In this document: in pieces, positions 38,833 to 52,569 of the stretch
How positions within the stretch are numbered: position 1 is the first letter of the stretch
Layout: each line of letters begins with the position of its first letter
Origin: Eledone cirrhosa
Taxonomy: Eukaryota
Reading direction: 5' to 3'
NCBI GenBank assembly: GCA_964016885.1
Contig: OZ024754.1
Location: 24,118,001 to 24,182,000, forward strand
DNA: 64,000 bases
Translations under genes and position numbers: made by a program
The notes under the pieces: model-generated
What the model was told of the DNA's origin: nothing
Databases searched by the model: none
Seen by the model: the letters and a program-made list of their open reading frames with translations, nothing else

Positions 38833-41800
38833 ATGTTGCTTATTCCTGGCTCAGATATTTGAATATCAGCTGTTGAACGGCCTCTTTTTCTTAACTGTAA
38901 CTTTGTCATGGAGAGAAAACTGTGAAAACTTAAGCTGTTGAAGTTTAGAACTGTCACAGAACTTATTTCTTGTGGATGCAAGGAGGTGATGGTTAAATTA
39001 TTTGAATTTCCTATACAATAAAACAACCAAGAAAAAAAAACCCAAAGACTATGAATTAGAATAGCTGGAAGCATGATAATCAGTTTATCACATTCAAGAA
39101 TATGGCACACAGTTTTTAAGCACAACACACGCTGAGTAAAATATAAACAATATCTTACATTGGACAACATGGTCGGCACTGCGTGAGCGACAGTGTTCTC
39201 TCTAACCAATGTACAGCTTCTTTCCTCGGACATGTGCGCATCCGCACAACAGCGAAACACCGCCAAATAACGTATACTCACGGGTCTTGCCCTCCAGCCC
39301 GTTTATTAATTTTTCAGATTTTTTCCACCACCACCTCACTCTTATTCCAGCCACGCCACCTTCGCTTATTAAATTTTGCCAATCTATCTCAGGCGAAATT
39401 TTATTTTAAGTAGTAGCATTCCTGCGACAATTAGTTTTCTTTATACATTAAAAAATATTATACATGATGGTTTGGGTTGGGTTCTCAATTTGTAAACTAA
39501 ACGACTAATTCTGTTTGTTTGTTTTTTTAAATCAACGGAGACAACCTCGAAAAATTACCGATTTCCTCTCCCCTTATTATTTGGGACCTGAGTGTACCTT
39601 AAAATTTACAAATATTTCAAACTGAAAAATACATTGAATTCAAAGAATTTTTTAAAAACATTCCTTCTATTTAAGATTATTTAAGCAATAAAAATAAACA
39701 AGACATATTTATAACCCGAATAAAACTCTCAAATTCAGAAGAAAATAAAAATAGTAATATGCTGTACCACATACTGACTCTCACAAATGTAAAAATATGA
39801 CCCAAATTATAACAAACTTCCAATATCCTTGGATAAATATTTGGAGTGAATATTTTTTTATAATATTTCTTATCTCATGTCTTGTAGTCTGGTGGATCGT
39901 TGGGGCGCCACAGATGACCTGACAAACAGGACCTTCCATTCCGCTCGCCTTTCCACCCAGCCTCATGCCTTTTACAATGGTCAACAGGTTTTCGTATGGC
40001 CCGATGGCTTGCCAAATTCTGTTTCACACCTCCTCATTGGCGATGCTGTCTCTGCCAAGGAGCTTTCTGAAGCATCTCATCTCCATAGCCTGTATCCTTA
40101 TTTCCAGATCTGCTGTTTTTGTCCAAGACTCACAGGGATGCAAGAATATGGTCATGGCCAAAGAGCACATCAGTCTGATCTTATAATATTTACATGAAAC
40201 ATGAGACTGTTTCAACCCATTCTCTTCTCATAGTCAAAGATCAGATTCTACTAACCATTAACAGATTCTCATAACTTCGCAGCACTATCTCAGGAATTGT
40301 TTACATGAATGACAAAGTTAACAGACTCCTTAAAATATTCATAGCGAGACTTACTGGATTGGCAGTATTGGTAGAGCGTCAGACACCATGCTTTGGAGCA
40401 TAGAGTTATGGCCTTTTACGTTCTGAGTTCAAATCCTGCCAAGGGTAACTTTGCCTTTCATCCTTACGGGTTGGTAAAATAAAGCACTAGTAATACACTG
40501 GGGTAATTGTTGGCAAAAGTGTAAACAATTATACATAAGCATATTGTATATACCTTCATAGAAAACCAAGCCCCAAATGGATTGTATGAAACACACATCT
40601 TCCTTCACTCTACAGAGTTTACTGGGTGCATTTTATCATGCACCAGCACTAGATAGGTTGTCATATCTTTGACATAACCGAAGTCATTTCGACCATTTGT
40701 TTCGTAAGTTCTCTATGGCTGGATGCCCTTCTTATCACCAACCACTTATCAGAGTGTGGTGAGTATGTTCACCTAACTACAGAGCTTGTGGTGCCTTTGA
40801 CATGGTAGAATAGAAATTATATTTTAAGAGCTAATGAGATAAAATAATTCAATGCTTTCATAATTGTCATAACATATGAATAATATTCTCAACATTTATC
40901 TCATTCAATGTGAATTCTCATAAGTTTTCATTAAAATAAAATTAATTCTTAAATATGGAAGTCATTTAAAAATTTCTTGGGAAGAAAGCATGAGAAATAG
41001 ATGTTAAATGGAGATGATGATGATGATGATGATGAATAGAGAGCTATTAATGTTAGAGTGAACAGAATTGCAAAACCCAGCATTTCTTTTGGTAGAGTTG
41101 ACAAGAACATCAAACTAGGAAATATCTCAACCTTCATGCAGTGTTAAAGTTCTACAGAATCATTGCTTTACCAACTTTGCTGTAACCTCCATATAATGTC
41201 GAAGCTCCACAGAATCATTGCTTTGACAACTTTGCTGTATACCAGGGAAACATGGAATATTTATTTACAGTAGATACCATCATCAATTTTATGTTCCCTT
41301 TTCCATGTTTGCCTGGGTCAGATTGGACATCTCCAATACAACTATCCTCCACTTGTCACATTTTGTTGTCATCTCCTCTGTAAAGATCAGTTCTTACAAC
41401 TTCTGCCCATATTTTCCTAGGACTAACCTTTTTTACAGCTTTCTTCCACTCCCCACCCCATTCCAATCATTATCATCCACCTGAACTTATTGGCAGAACA
41501 AAATCCCAGCTATGAGACTCTTAACCATACTCTGTTGTCCGGCATTCATGTTCTCCAATGCAGAGCCCAGGTGTATGGCTTAGTGGTTAGAGTGTTAGGC
41601 TTATGATAGCAAGGTTTTGAGTTCAATTCCTGGTAGTGAGTCAGACACCTTATTTTGTATTGCACCAGTCCACTCAGCTGGAAAAACGAGTTGTACCTGT
41701 AATTCAAAGGGCCAGCTTTGTCATACACAGTGTCACATTGAATAAAAGCTACACATATCTATGGAATACTTAGTCACATGCACATTAATTTCACAAAGAG

Positions 41801-42053
41801 AATGTCTGTTGATTATATAATTGCAGCATTTGTCACTAGAACTAATATAGCTCTAACACACATGTAGAACACATCCATGCTACTCCTATAACATTGTTGA
41901 AATGGATGACAAAAGATTTCAAAATTGCCTTTTCAACAGTGAGTTGGTGGGGGAGAAATGTTCTGTAACTGGATAATACAATATCTTCGATGAACAAACA
42001 AGTTGTCTAAATAAAAGATGGTGATAATGACTGCAACATCTTTGATCATATAT

Positions 42054-42384
42054 CAAAGGTTCTCAAAGTGGGCGTTACAGTCCCCTGGAGGGGGCGGGGT
42101 TCGTTAAGAAGGTTCAAGGGGGCACTGGGGCCTAGGAATAGAGATGATATAATAGTATATTAAATATTCAAATGATACATATTATATATAAATATATTAA
42201 AATAAAAAATATATTTATTTATTTATACGTAGTATATATTAAATTATATATTATATATAAATTAACGATTTTATTTATATATTATTTGCAATTTGCTTGT
42301 AAGCAAGTCTCCCTGGAAATAGGGATGGGGCACTGAGTGTAATACGTGGCCGTGAATGTTGGCAAAAAAGTTTGAGAACCTCTG
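42054..42384. mobile_element. hAT-type MITE
   Basis: TIR caaaggttctcaaa/tttgagaacctctg. The TSD is imperfect. Confidence 0.65.
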
Positions 42385-42419
42385 TTATATCTGTTTGAGG
42401 AAGGCTGACTTGAGGTTAA

Positions 42420-42803
42420 ATAATTGATTCTACTTTTGGCACAAGGCCAGCAATTAACCCAGTGCATTACTGGTACTTTATTTTATCGACGCCGTAAGGA
42501 TGAAAGGCAAAGTTAACCTCGGCGGGATTTGAACTCAGACCATGAAGGGCCATAACTCGATGCTACAATGCATGGCGTCCGACCCTCCGCCAATCAACCA
42601 CCCTTGAGGTTAAATAATTGTTTCTACTTTTGGCACAAGGCCAGCAATTACCCAGTGCATTACTGGTACTTTATTTTATCGATCCCGTAAGGATGAAAGG
42701 CAAAGTCAACCTCGGCGGGATTTGAACTCAGATCGTTAAGGGACGTAACTATGCTGGAAAACATGGTGTCCGACCCTCTACCGATACTGCCAATCCACCG
42801 CCT
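42420..42803 (-). mobile_element. Two tandem copies of the major SINE
   Basis: Units at about 42420-42603 and 42614-42803. Further copies at about 40354-40531(+), 45055-45455(-), 45698-45890(+), 49998-50188(-). Confidence 0.85.
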
Positions 42804-43150
42804 TCTTGAGGTTAAATAATGACAACAGCAACGACATGTATGTACAGCACAAGATTAAGAAAAGACAAAATACTATAAAGAAAAATGAGAAACACAATAT
42901 TGGATAAGGACATTAGAAATTTATTACAAGGTTAAGTAGACAGATCAATGTGATTGTAGGGTACAGATCTAGACAGATCAATGTGATTATAGGGTATAGA
43001 TCTTATAGGGTATAGATCTCGACAGATCAATGTGACTGCAGGGTATAGATCTCACTCAGTGCTGCAGATGTTAATACAATGATCTGAAGAGTGAGAGAAT
43101 TAAATACAGGAGTGGGGTGAGTGTGTGAGGGGAACACTGCAGAGGAAAGC

Positions 43151-43374
43151 CTCATTTAAGTTCAGCAAGAACGCCAGCTTCACTCAAGTTCAGCAAGAAA
43201 GTCAGCCTCATTCGAGTTTAGCAAAGGTGTTGGCCTCACTCGAGTTCAGCAAAGGCGTTGGCCTCACTCGAGTTCAGCAAAGGCGTTGGCCTCACTCGAG
43301 TTCAGCAAAGGCGTCGGCCTCACTCGAGTTCAGCAAGGGCGTCGGACTCACTGGAGCTCTACAAGAATGTCAGC
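43151..43374 (-). repeat. 28-bp minisatellite overlapping the PCCA stop codon
   Basis: Eight units with period 28 (43151, 43179, 43207, 43235, 43263, 43291, 43319, 43347). Confidence 0.9.
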
Positions 43375-43416
43375 TTCATTGACTGTGGCACCAGCTTTGA
43401 AATGAACTTTCTTCAC
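43348..43416 (-). CDS. PCCA: Propionyl-CoA carboxylase alpha, last exon
   Basis: AG acceptor, then VKKVHFKAGATVNEADILVELQ-stop. Confidence 0.92.
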   Translation of the reverse strand: MKKVHFKAGATVNEADILVELQ

Positions 43417-43747
43417 CTATAAAAATAGAGGAAAATCGTGTACACATTAAATAGCTTTGTTGTTCATTCATAGGGATAGATAGATACACAGCCACAAAAA
43501 TACATATATAAAAGCAAATACACACATAAACATATACACAAACACTCATATATATATACAGAAACATATACACAAACACATAAATACATGCAGATACATA
43601 CACATAAACATATATACAAACACACATATACATTAAGATACATACACAAACACATATATATATATATACATATATGTATAGAAATTTCGTATTTCTAAAG
43701 AAATATAGTCTTAGGAAGCCGTAGCTATGCAGAAGCAGGGGGGGGGG

Positions 43748-43797
43748 ACAATCCTCTATGCATTTCAGGCTTGACTGGCCTTCGTCAGGTCGGTCCC
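43748..43797 (-). ncRNA. Hammerhead-like core in the last PCCA intron, weak stem I
   Basis: gggac cgac-CTGACGA-aggc cagtcaa gcct-GAAA-tgca-TA-gagg att gtccc. Confidence 0.5.
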
Positions 43798-44498
43798 TCC
43801 CACCACTTGCGACTGCTGAACTTGAAAACAGTCGAGAATTTATAGTTTTCTCATCTGCATATGAACCTGCATAAGTTGGCTCAACTTATAATAGAAAAGA
43901 AATAAGATTTTGCTTCAAGCATAGCTTTATACAATACATTAAGACACTAACAAAACATATACACCAACACACATGAATAAATAAATATATACATGCAGAC
44001 AAGCATAAAAATATTGGAAAAAAATTGTGAACTCGTCCATGAAGACTGATGCCAGAAACAAACTATCAAGTGTTTCACAGGATTAGAATCAAGCATAAAG
44101 TCTGCCTTAACCCTTTACTTACCAAACCAAAACCAGTTCTGGTTCTATGAAATAATACCACCCATTTTAAAGGTTTCCAATTTAAATAAAAATCTTCCAA
44201 AATGATTTTATATAAGTTACTATCTTGATAATGAAATGATTAATAATTTTAGTAAATCCTTCAAAATTCTTCATTAATTTTATTAGAAATGCAGTCTTGA
44301 AAGGGTTAACAAAACAGACCCGATCACACCTCCTTCAAGACAATGCAACAGTCAACAACTGGATCAAGAACAAAAACAACAATAGATTTGACAGCAACAA
44401 CAACAATAACAGGATCAAAGTCAACAAAAAAACAACTATAGAATCAACAACAACATCAGAATTGAGGGCAAGAGCAGACAACAACAACATGAGCTTAC

Positions 44499-44576
44499 CT
44501 TTCCTGTTTTACCTGCAACTAAACTGTTTTGCATTTTCATGGCTTCTAGAACACAGAGTTCTTGACCTTCAGAAAC
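44499..44576 (-). CDS. PCCA: PCCA exon with biotin-attachment motif
   Basis: [30 protein letters not shown] bounded, 78 bp. Confidence 0.96.
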
Positions 44577-44749
44577 CTGGAAATATAAAATTTATGTGAT
44601 TAAATTTAAAAAAAAAAAAAAGTCTGCAACACACTCTTCCCTCTCCCTCTCTCTTCATCTCCTTCTCTCTGGAAGAATTTGGCTGTGTTCAGATCTGGAG
44701 AGAGAGGCAGAGAGAGAATTATAAATGTTCTATGAAGAGCAAAACTTAC

Positions 44750-44890
44750 CATGTCACCATCAGCAACAGCAATAGACTTGAGAATACCAGGCATTGGTGC
44801 CACAAGCATAGAACTTTGGTCAACCTCAGGTTTGACAGGCATGTACTGCGTTAGATCAGCTGACAACTCATCCAAAACATTAATTTTGAA
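44750..44890 (-). CDS. PCCA: PCCA exon
   Basis: FKINVLDELSADLTQYMPVKPEVDQSSMLVAPMPGILKSIAVADGDM, AG/GT bounded, 141 bp. Confidence 0.95.
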
Positions 44891-46748
44891 CTGTTAAAAA
44901 AGAAATAGTTGAGACAATTTGACATCCCACACAGTCTCATTTAGACATTCTAACATTAACAACAAAAAGGGTTGAGGAACTAACAAAGGATTACTGCCAG
45001 AAATATGACAAGTCAAGTGAAACCCTTATTCTTCATTGATATAGCAGTAATAATAATTGTTTCTACTTTTGGCACAAAGCCAGCAATTACCCCAGTGCAT
45101 TACTGGTACTTTATTTTATCAAACCCGTAAGGATGAAAGGAAAAGTTAACCTTGGCGGGATTTGAACTCAGGATGGAAAGGGCCATAACTCTATGCTGCA
45201 AAGCATGGTGTCTGACGCTCTACCGATTGCTAATAATGGTTTCTAATTTTAGCACAAAGCCAGTAATCTGGAGAAGAGGGAGGGGTGGAACTTGATAATA
45301 TCAACCCTGTGCTTTACTGGTATTTTATTTTATCAACCCTGGAAAGATGAGAGGTGAAGTTGCCCTCAGCAGGATTTGAATGCAGAATGTTTTGATGAAA
45401 TACTGCCAAACCTTTTTGTATGACACTCTACCGACTCTACCAATCTACCGGCCTTTATAATAATACTTATTTCTACTTATTGGCAGGAAGTATTTCTACT
45501 TATTGAAGGGAAGTGGAAAGTTGATTAATTTAACCCCAGTGGTACTTTATTGTATTGACCTAATAAATGTGAAAACATGAAAACATGGACAAACAGACAT
45601 AAAACAATAACTGATAAACATTGGTAGAACTGACAGCAGATTTTCTCCATCTGACTTTCTAAGATGAAGAATCATCATTATTATACACTCATATAAAGGG
45701 CAGTGGATTGGCAGTACCAGTAGAGCATCTGACACCATGCTTTGCAACTTAGAGTTACGGCCCTTTACGTTCTGAGTTCAAATCCTGCCGAAGTTAACTT
45801 TGCCTTTCATCCTTACGGGGTCGATAAAATAAAGTACCAATAATGCACTGGGATAATTGCTGGCCTTGTACCAAAAGTAGAAGCAATTATAATACAATTC
45901 ACAATCATGAGGTTGTGAGTTTGATTCCCAGACCAGGTGATGCATTTTGTCCTAGAACAAGACATTTTATTTCATGTTGCTCTTTCTGTTAGGAGTTGCA
46001 ACTGGTAGATAAATAATATCAGCAATGGAAAGACCAATGGAAATATTGTTTCAAGTGCAGGATCTTGTTAATTGATTCGATTCGATATTTGTACTAGTGT
46101 TTTCACCTTAATTGTTATATTCCCAACACTTCAGCCATTATACCCTCCATCATTCTTCAAATGCCTGCCATATTTAGTCAAGTTTAAAGCTCTGAATTAT
46201 CAATTATGCTCAACTGTTCGCGGCTGTGAATTGGCGGAGTCATTAAGGCATTGGATTAAAAATGAGCAAATTTTTTTTCAATCGCTGAGGTAAAAACAAA
46301 CAAATGCTCATTTTGTTTTGGTCGATCTCGTTATAAACATTTTTCATTACAACAAATTTTTTTATACTCCGTGAATTTCGATATAAGGGAAATTTCACTG
46401 TATTAATATTAATTTTTTGTTTTTCACAACTACTGTACTCATGGCAGAAGTACCAGGAAATGTCAGTAGATAGAAACTGCAGTAGAGGTAGACCAAGAAA
46501 GACCTGAGCAGAGGTGGTGAGAGCTGACCTCAAATTGCTGCTGAAAAGGCCAAGTCCAACCCATGCAAGCTTGAAAAAAAACCGGACGTAAAACAATTAT
46601 ATAAATGGTAACCAATGGTAATGGTAGAGAGAACTACACTACCAAGATATAGTAACCAATGGTAACTGGTAGAAATAGCAGTTCTACCAAAACATAACAT
46701 AAACAATATTCACTAACTGGCAGAAATATGAAGAAGACCCAAACTTAC

Positions 46749-46802
46749 CACAGTTCCAAATAATTGTATTTTCATCATTCCGGAAGGTTCTCGTGAAATC
46801 AA
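46749..46802 (-). CDS. PCCA: PCCA exon
   Basis: LISREPSGMMKIQLFGTV, AG/GT bounded, 54 bp, in phase. Confidence 0.9.
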
Positions 46803-46907
46803 CTGGAAAAGATGTAAAGAAGAATACACTAATAATGACAATGATGATGATGATGGCTTTTCATTTTGGCACAAGGCCAGCAATTTAGAGAGGAGGAGAA
46901 AGTCAAT

Positions 46908-47082
46908 TATATCAACCCCAGTACTTAACTGGTACTATATTATATCAACCCTAGTACTTAACTGGTACTATATTATATCAACCCCAGTATTTAACTGGTA
47001 CTATATTATATCAACCCCAATACTTAACTGTTACTATATTATATCAACCCCAGTACTTAACTATTACTATATTATATCAACC
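46908..47082. repeat. 31-bp tandem repeat expanded inside a SINE
   Basis: ttatatcaaccccagtacttaactggtacta repeated about 5.5 times. Confidence 0.85.
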
Positions 47083-48319
47083 TTGGAAAGATGAAAGGCA
47101 AAGTTGATATTAGCGAGATTCAGAACAAATATCTGACAAACTAAAGACTGTGCCAATGAGAGAGAGAGGGAAGGTAGAGGGGGAGAGAGAGGAGGTAGAG
47201 AAGGGGGAGAAAGGTCAAGAAAAGGTCATTAAAGGTTATCATAGAGAAGTAAAAAGATAATATTATATGCTAAGGGAAATATCAAAAGAAGATAATTATT
47301 CAGATAATCATTTTAGTATCCCTTTCATTACCATATTTCTAATAAAAGACACAACCTATGGGTTTCTAATAATTTTGAAAATAATCAAGAATTTGGAGGG
47401 ATTTAGTAATGTAACTAATTTTCTGGTTAAGTTGGTGATTAGAACATAGAAAATGTTCTTACACAAAAATATAATGGAAAGTTTTTTGATAAACACACTT
47501 TTTATAAATACTTTAAGCCTTTAGCATTTACATTACTCTCATCATCACCATTTTTAAACACACTTTTTATAAATACTTTAAGCCTTTAGCATTTACATTA
47601 CTCTCATCATCACCATTTTATGTCCATTCTTCCATGCTAAAACGGTGATGATGATGACGATGAGAGTAAGGCTTAAAGTATTTATAAAAAGTGTGTTTAT
47701 CAAAAAACTTTCCTTTATACTCTATATTTACTATTGTATTTTCACAGTAAACACTTTATCTTACATAATTATTCCACATAATATTGAATCTATGAGATTT
47801 TGAACTTATTTATTTTGAGAATACCTTAGCAGCAGGTTACAGCTGGTTTGAACAGAAAGATATGAAAGGATTCTGGCCGGATATGGTTGGTTTAAATACT
47901 AAAGGGTTAAGACTTTTATTACCATATTTCTAATGAAATACTCAGTCTATCATTACAAATCATTTTCTTCCTGAGAGAGTCATGGGGGTAGTCCTCAAAC
48001 ACTCCTTCCAACAGGTCGTCAGAAGCAACTGCTTCCAACTGATCCAGCTGGATCCCCAAGCAAGACAAGCCAAGCTCATGGATGTTATCGAACCATCTTG
48101 CTCAGGGTCTACCCTTGGGTCTCCTGCTGCCTGTCAAATATGACCAGCGATTCTTTCCTGAGACATTCTAACCACATGCCCATTGTATCGGAACTGTGAT
48201 CTCTCAATTCGGAGAAGCAGCGGCTCTACCTGTAGTGAGTCTCTGATCTCCAAGGTGAGAGAATTCTGACCAGATATGGCCAGTTTAAATGCTAAAGAGT
48301 TAAAGGTAACATTTTATAC

Positions 48320-48418
48320 CTGTATAATGTGTTTCTTGCCATTAATGTTCACTGTGATCCTAGGCTGAGAAAGAGTAAATTGATCAGGAATGGTAGCTGT
48401 ATGATTATTTATGGTCAC
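48320..48418 (-). CDS. PCCA: PCCA exon
   Basis: VTINNHTATIPDQFTLSQPRITVNINGKKHIIQ, AG/GT bounded, 99 bp. Confidence 0.88.
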
Positions 48419-49010
48419 CTACAATGAAAAATGAAAGTAAAGATAAACATAAGCATTGAAAAAAAATAGAGCTGATCATCAGATTAAACTAAAGAAACAA
48501 TGTTTCCCCTTGTCCTTTCCATTACTGGTAGAAGGGGGCAGGATATGGAACCAAAGTGCACAGAACAGGATGATGGTGATCATCATCATTTAACATCGTT
48601 TAACATCCATTTTTCCATGCTAGGATGGGTTAGATGAGTTGTCCTGCTGAGACTAGACAAATCAGATGACTGTGTCTTGCTCATATAGAACTGATTCTGG
48701 TTTGGTTTCTATGGCTGGATGGCCTTCCTAACGCCAACCACATTTACAATGAGTCCTTGATACTTTTTGTTGTGACACCTACATGACCACTTTACAGTGT
48801 GTACTGGGTACCTTTTGTCTCCTACACAATACTTTATAGTGCTTGTTCTGACAGGTACTGTAAATCATCCAGCCTGACTCTAATAATTCTACATATCTAC
48901 CACTCCAGGACTGGTACTTTATCAATCGTGAAAGGATGAAAGGCGAAATTAACCACAACAGGATTTGAATTCAGAGCAGAGTGGATTAGAAAAAATACCA
49001 AAGCATTTAA

Positions 49011-50253
49011 CCTTTTAGTGTTCAAACCGCCCGAAACCTGCCGAAATTATTTCCCCTTCATTTGTTCAAACCGCCCAAAGCCGGCCAATAACACCCACAC
49101 TAAAATATCGTTCTAAAAATAAACAAACAATCATCAAACTCTCATCAATTCGATAATTACTGTGAGATTAGGCCCTTACTATGAAAATTAACACTTAATA
49201 TAGTGAAACAACATGTGTTTTTTTAACATTGAAAGTAGAACAGATTTTTTGTTTATCAACATGGCTTGTGAAAGTAGCGATACCGACTTTTAAGGTTTTA
49301 CACACTACGACATTCAGAATGAATAAGAAACAAAAGATAATATTAGTGATTTATCTTCAAATGAATCAGATGTTTACATTTCTGAAATTTCATCCAACAA
49401 TGATTGTTGTTTTGAAAGCGAAAACAAAGGAGATCTCCAGGACGCCATTGAAAATATTACAGCAACGTGGTTGAAAAATACCACACCAATATATGTTCCC
49501 GATTTTATTCAAAATACTGGTCCACAACACACATTAGCTCCCGATGCTAAAGCACTGGATTATTTCTTTTTGTTTTTACCACTTTCTTCGAAGTTGTGGC
49601 TGAAGAAATTAATTGATATGCCCAACAACAGATTTCAAATCGAGGAAAACCTGATATGTTTGGCGACCAACATGCTGTGGAAATGTAAGCATTTTTTACC
49701 GTTCGGTATAAAACAATTTCCAAGACTGGAATTACTGGAGCACTGATATAAGGTTTAGTGATCCTTATATATCAAGTATTATGCCGAAAACAACGTATTT
49801 AAAATTAAACCAGTATTTGCACCTGGTTGATACTTCAAATGCCCATAAAAGTCAAATTTAACCAAAAAAAAAAAGGTAAAATTATATAATTGTAAATTAT
49901 TGATATTTAAACATCTACTGGCAAAATTTCAAGCCTGCACATAGAAAATTACAAACAAATAAATTTGATAACCCTCTTGAGTATGATTAACTCAAAATAA
50001 TTGTTTCTACTTTTGGCACAAGGCCAGCAATTATCCCAGTGCATTACTGGTACTTTATTTTATCGACCCCGTAAGGATGAAAGGCAAAGTTAACCTCGGC
50101 GGGATTTGAACTCAGAATGGCAAAGGACGCAACTCTATGCATCAAAGCATGGTGTCCGACCCTCTACCAATACTGCCAATCCACCGCCATTACTGCCAAA
50201 ATAATGCGAACAGATAAGCATGACATTTGAAAATTAATGCGAATGCTAAAGGG
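49011..50253 (+). mobile_element. Deleted piggyBac-type element with nested SINE
   Basis: TTAA flanks and cc(c/t)tttag..ctaaaggg ends. Transposase remnant PDFIQNTGP..LDYFFLF. Related short TTAA-ccctt MITEs occur elsewhere (about 44108-44309, 52945-53133). Confidence 0.75.
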
Positions 50254-50332
50254 TTAATCCAATAACCTAACAATTCTGCCAATTCACTGCCATAAAAATA
50301 GTTAAGATGTTATAATTAATGTAATTCTTTAC

Positions 50333-50435
50333 CTGGTACTGTCCCAACAGTGGAAGGTGAGTAACGTGTGCCTTTAAATCAACTTCTCCTAACTGGACAA
50401 CAAGCGTCCATTTGGAAGGTGTCTGTTCCACCGAG
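50333..50435 (-). CDS. PCCA: PCCA exon
   Basis: SVEQTPSKWTLVVQLGEVDLKAHVTHLPLLGQYQ, AG/GT bounded, 103 bp, phase consistent. Confidence 0.85.
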
Positions 50436-50842
50436 CTACAAAATGAGAGAACCAAATTATCAAACAAGTCAAGAAATTATCATTATCGTTTAACCCAGCT
50501 GTAATCGGCCAGAATTCTCTCACCTCTTTCTGTTTAAACTGACTGAAACCAGCTGCTTATACTTATGTTAAGGTATTGTTCTTAAAATAAATAATATCAA
50601 AATCTCATAGATTTGATATTAAGTGGGTTATTTTATAAGATAAAGCCTTTACCACAAAAATACAATAGTAAATATAGAGTAATGTAAAAGCTAAAGGGTA
50701 AATGTCCATTTTCCAAGTGAGTATGTCTTGCCTCTACACTCTGTTTTGGGCTTGGTTTCTACAGCTGGATGCCCTTCCTAATCATGCCAAAAACTTTACA
50801 GCATGTACTGGGAGTATGTTATCATTCCTTCAGCACAACCAG

Positions 50843-51255
50843 TTTACAGGGTACACTGGGTACTTTTTTCATGGTACCAACACTACAACTTTATATGATG
50901 CACTGAGTACTTTTTTCATGGTACCAACACTACCATTTTACAGGGTGCACTGGGTACTTTTTTCATGGTACCAATACTACCACTTTACAGTGACCACTGG
51001 GTACTTTTTTCATGGTACCAACACTACCATTTTACAGAGTGCACTGGGTACTTTTTTCATGGTACCAACACAACCACTTTACAGTGTCCACTGGGTACTT
51101 TTTTCATTGTACCAACACAACCACCTTACAGTGTCCACTGGGTACTTTTTTCATTGTACCAACACTACCACTTTACAGGGTGCACTGGGTTTTTTTTTCA
51201 TGGTACCAGCATGGTACTACTTTGCAGAGCATACTGGGTGCACTTTTTCATGGCA
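50843..51255. repeat. About 45-bp minisatellite within an RTE/SINE 3' tail (related array about 53820-54170)
   Basis: Unit like tttacagggtgcactgggtacttttttcatggtaccaacactacca, about 9 copies. Confidence 0.85.
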
Positions 51256-52466
51256 CGAGCACAAGAGAAGTGGTTCTTTTGAGCTCAATAGGATCTCTTA
51301 ACTCTACCATCATTATCACTGATTAACGTCCATTTGCCATGCTTGCATGGTTTAGATGTGTCGTCCATTTCGAGAGACAAGTCTGGCCAGAATTGACTAT
51401 ACAGTACCTTGCTCCAACAGTTGTGTAAATTTATCCATCTATGACGATGTTTTATTTGTCACAAGTGTTTGAATGTTATAGATATAAAAAGAAATGACTT
51501 GACTTTGACCTAATTATTTTTACCTGTTGTAGTCAGATAAATTGCAAAACAGTAAGGGAAGAGTGGGAAGAGGTAACAAGTTATGTAAGGTAGCAACTGT
51601 CAGAGAGAGAGAGGAGAAATAACAATTAGAATTTCTAGGTTAGAGTTTATTATACAGTAACTAACAAATACATTACCTTAAATCACGGCAACTGTAGCGT
51701 TGCAGGTGAACTCAAAATGTACCTCACATATGTTCCCACCCTATGTCAATTGTTCAAATGGGCCGAGAGCCCACAACTTGCTTACATATGTTTTTTGAAC
51801 CTCACTTAAATACGTTCCTGCATTCATCATCATCATCATTGTTTAACGTCCATTTTCCATGCTAGTATGAGTGAGTTAGATGTATTGTCCCATTAGAGGC
51901 AAATCAGGTGAGGTGACCGTGTCTTGTTCATATAGAACTGCTTCTGGCTAGGTTTCTACAGCTGGATGCCCTTCCTAACACCAACCACATTTACTGTGTG
52001 CTGGGAGCTTTTTGTCATGTCACTTACACAACCATTTTACAGTGTGAGCTGGGACCTTTTTGTTGTGATACCCACATGACCACTTTACAGTGTGGGCTGA
52101 ATGCTTTTTTGCTGTGTTATCAACATAACTTTACAGTGTAAGGGTGGTGTGGACAGAAGTGGGTGGTTGGATGTTGGGATACGGATGTGTATGGAGGGGG
52201 TATAGTGGTTAAGAGGTGCCTACACGATGTATGTTTGAGTCCGCGTACATGGGAAGGCATGTCGTCGGTATTACTGCCAATGATCTCAATCCTGTGTATT
52301 TGTCATTGAGAGGTGCAATTGTGAAAGGTTAGCTTTTATCACCTAACAATTATTCCAATGGTCCAGGGGTCTGCACCTTACTGACATATACAACAAACCA
52401 TTTAATCCACTGCAGTACCAATTTTTGAAAAAAATGATATTAATTACAGTAAATGTTTTTACTTAC

Positions 52467-52569
52467 ACATCTTGATTGTATATAGCCCAAGATTTTAGTT
52501 CAGCTTTGGCATAAAAAACACTGGCTATGGAAGCAAGCTCAGACACTTCATTAGTTGACAGGTGTTTAC
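52467..52569 (-). CDS. PCCA: PCCA exon
   Basis: (G)KHLSTNEVSELASIASVFYAKAELKSWAIYNQD, AG/GT bounded, 103 bp. Confidence 0.88.
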
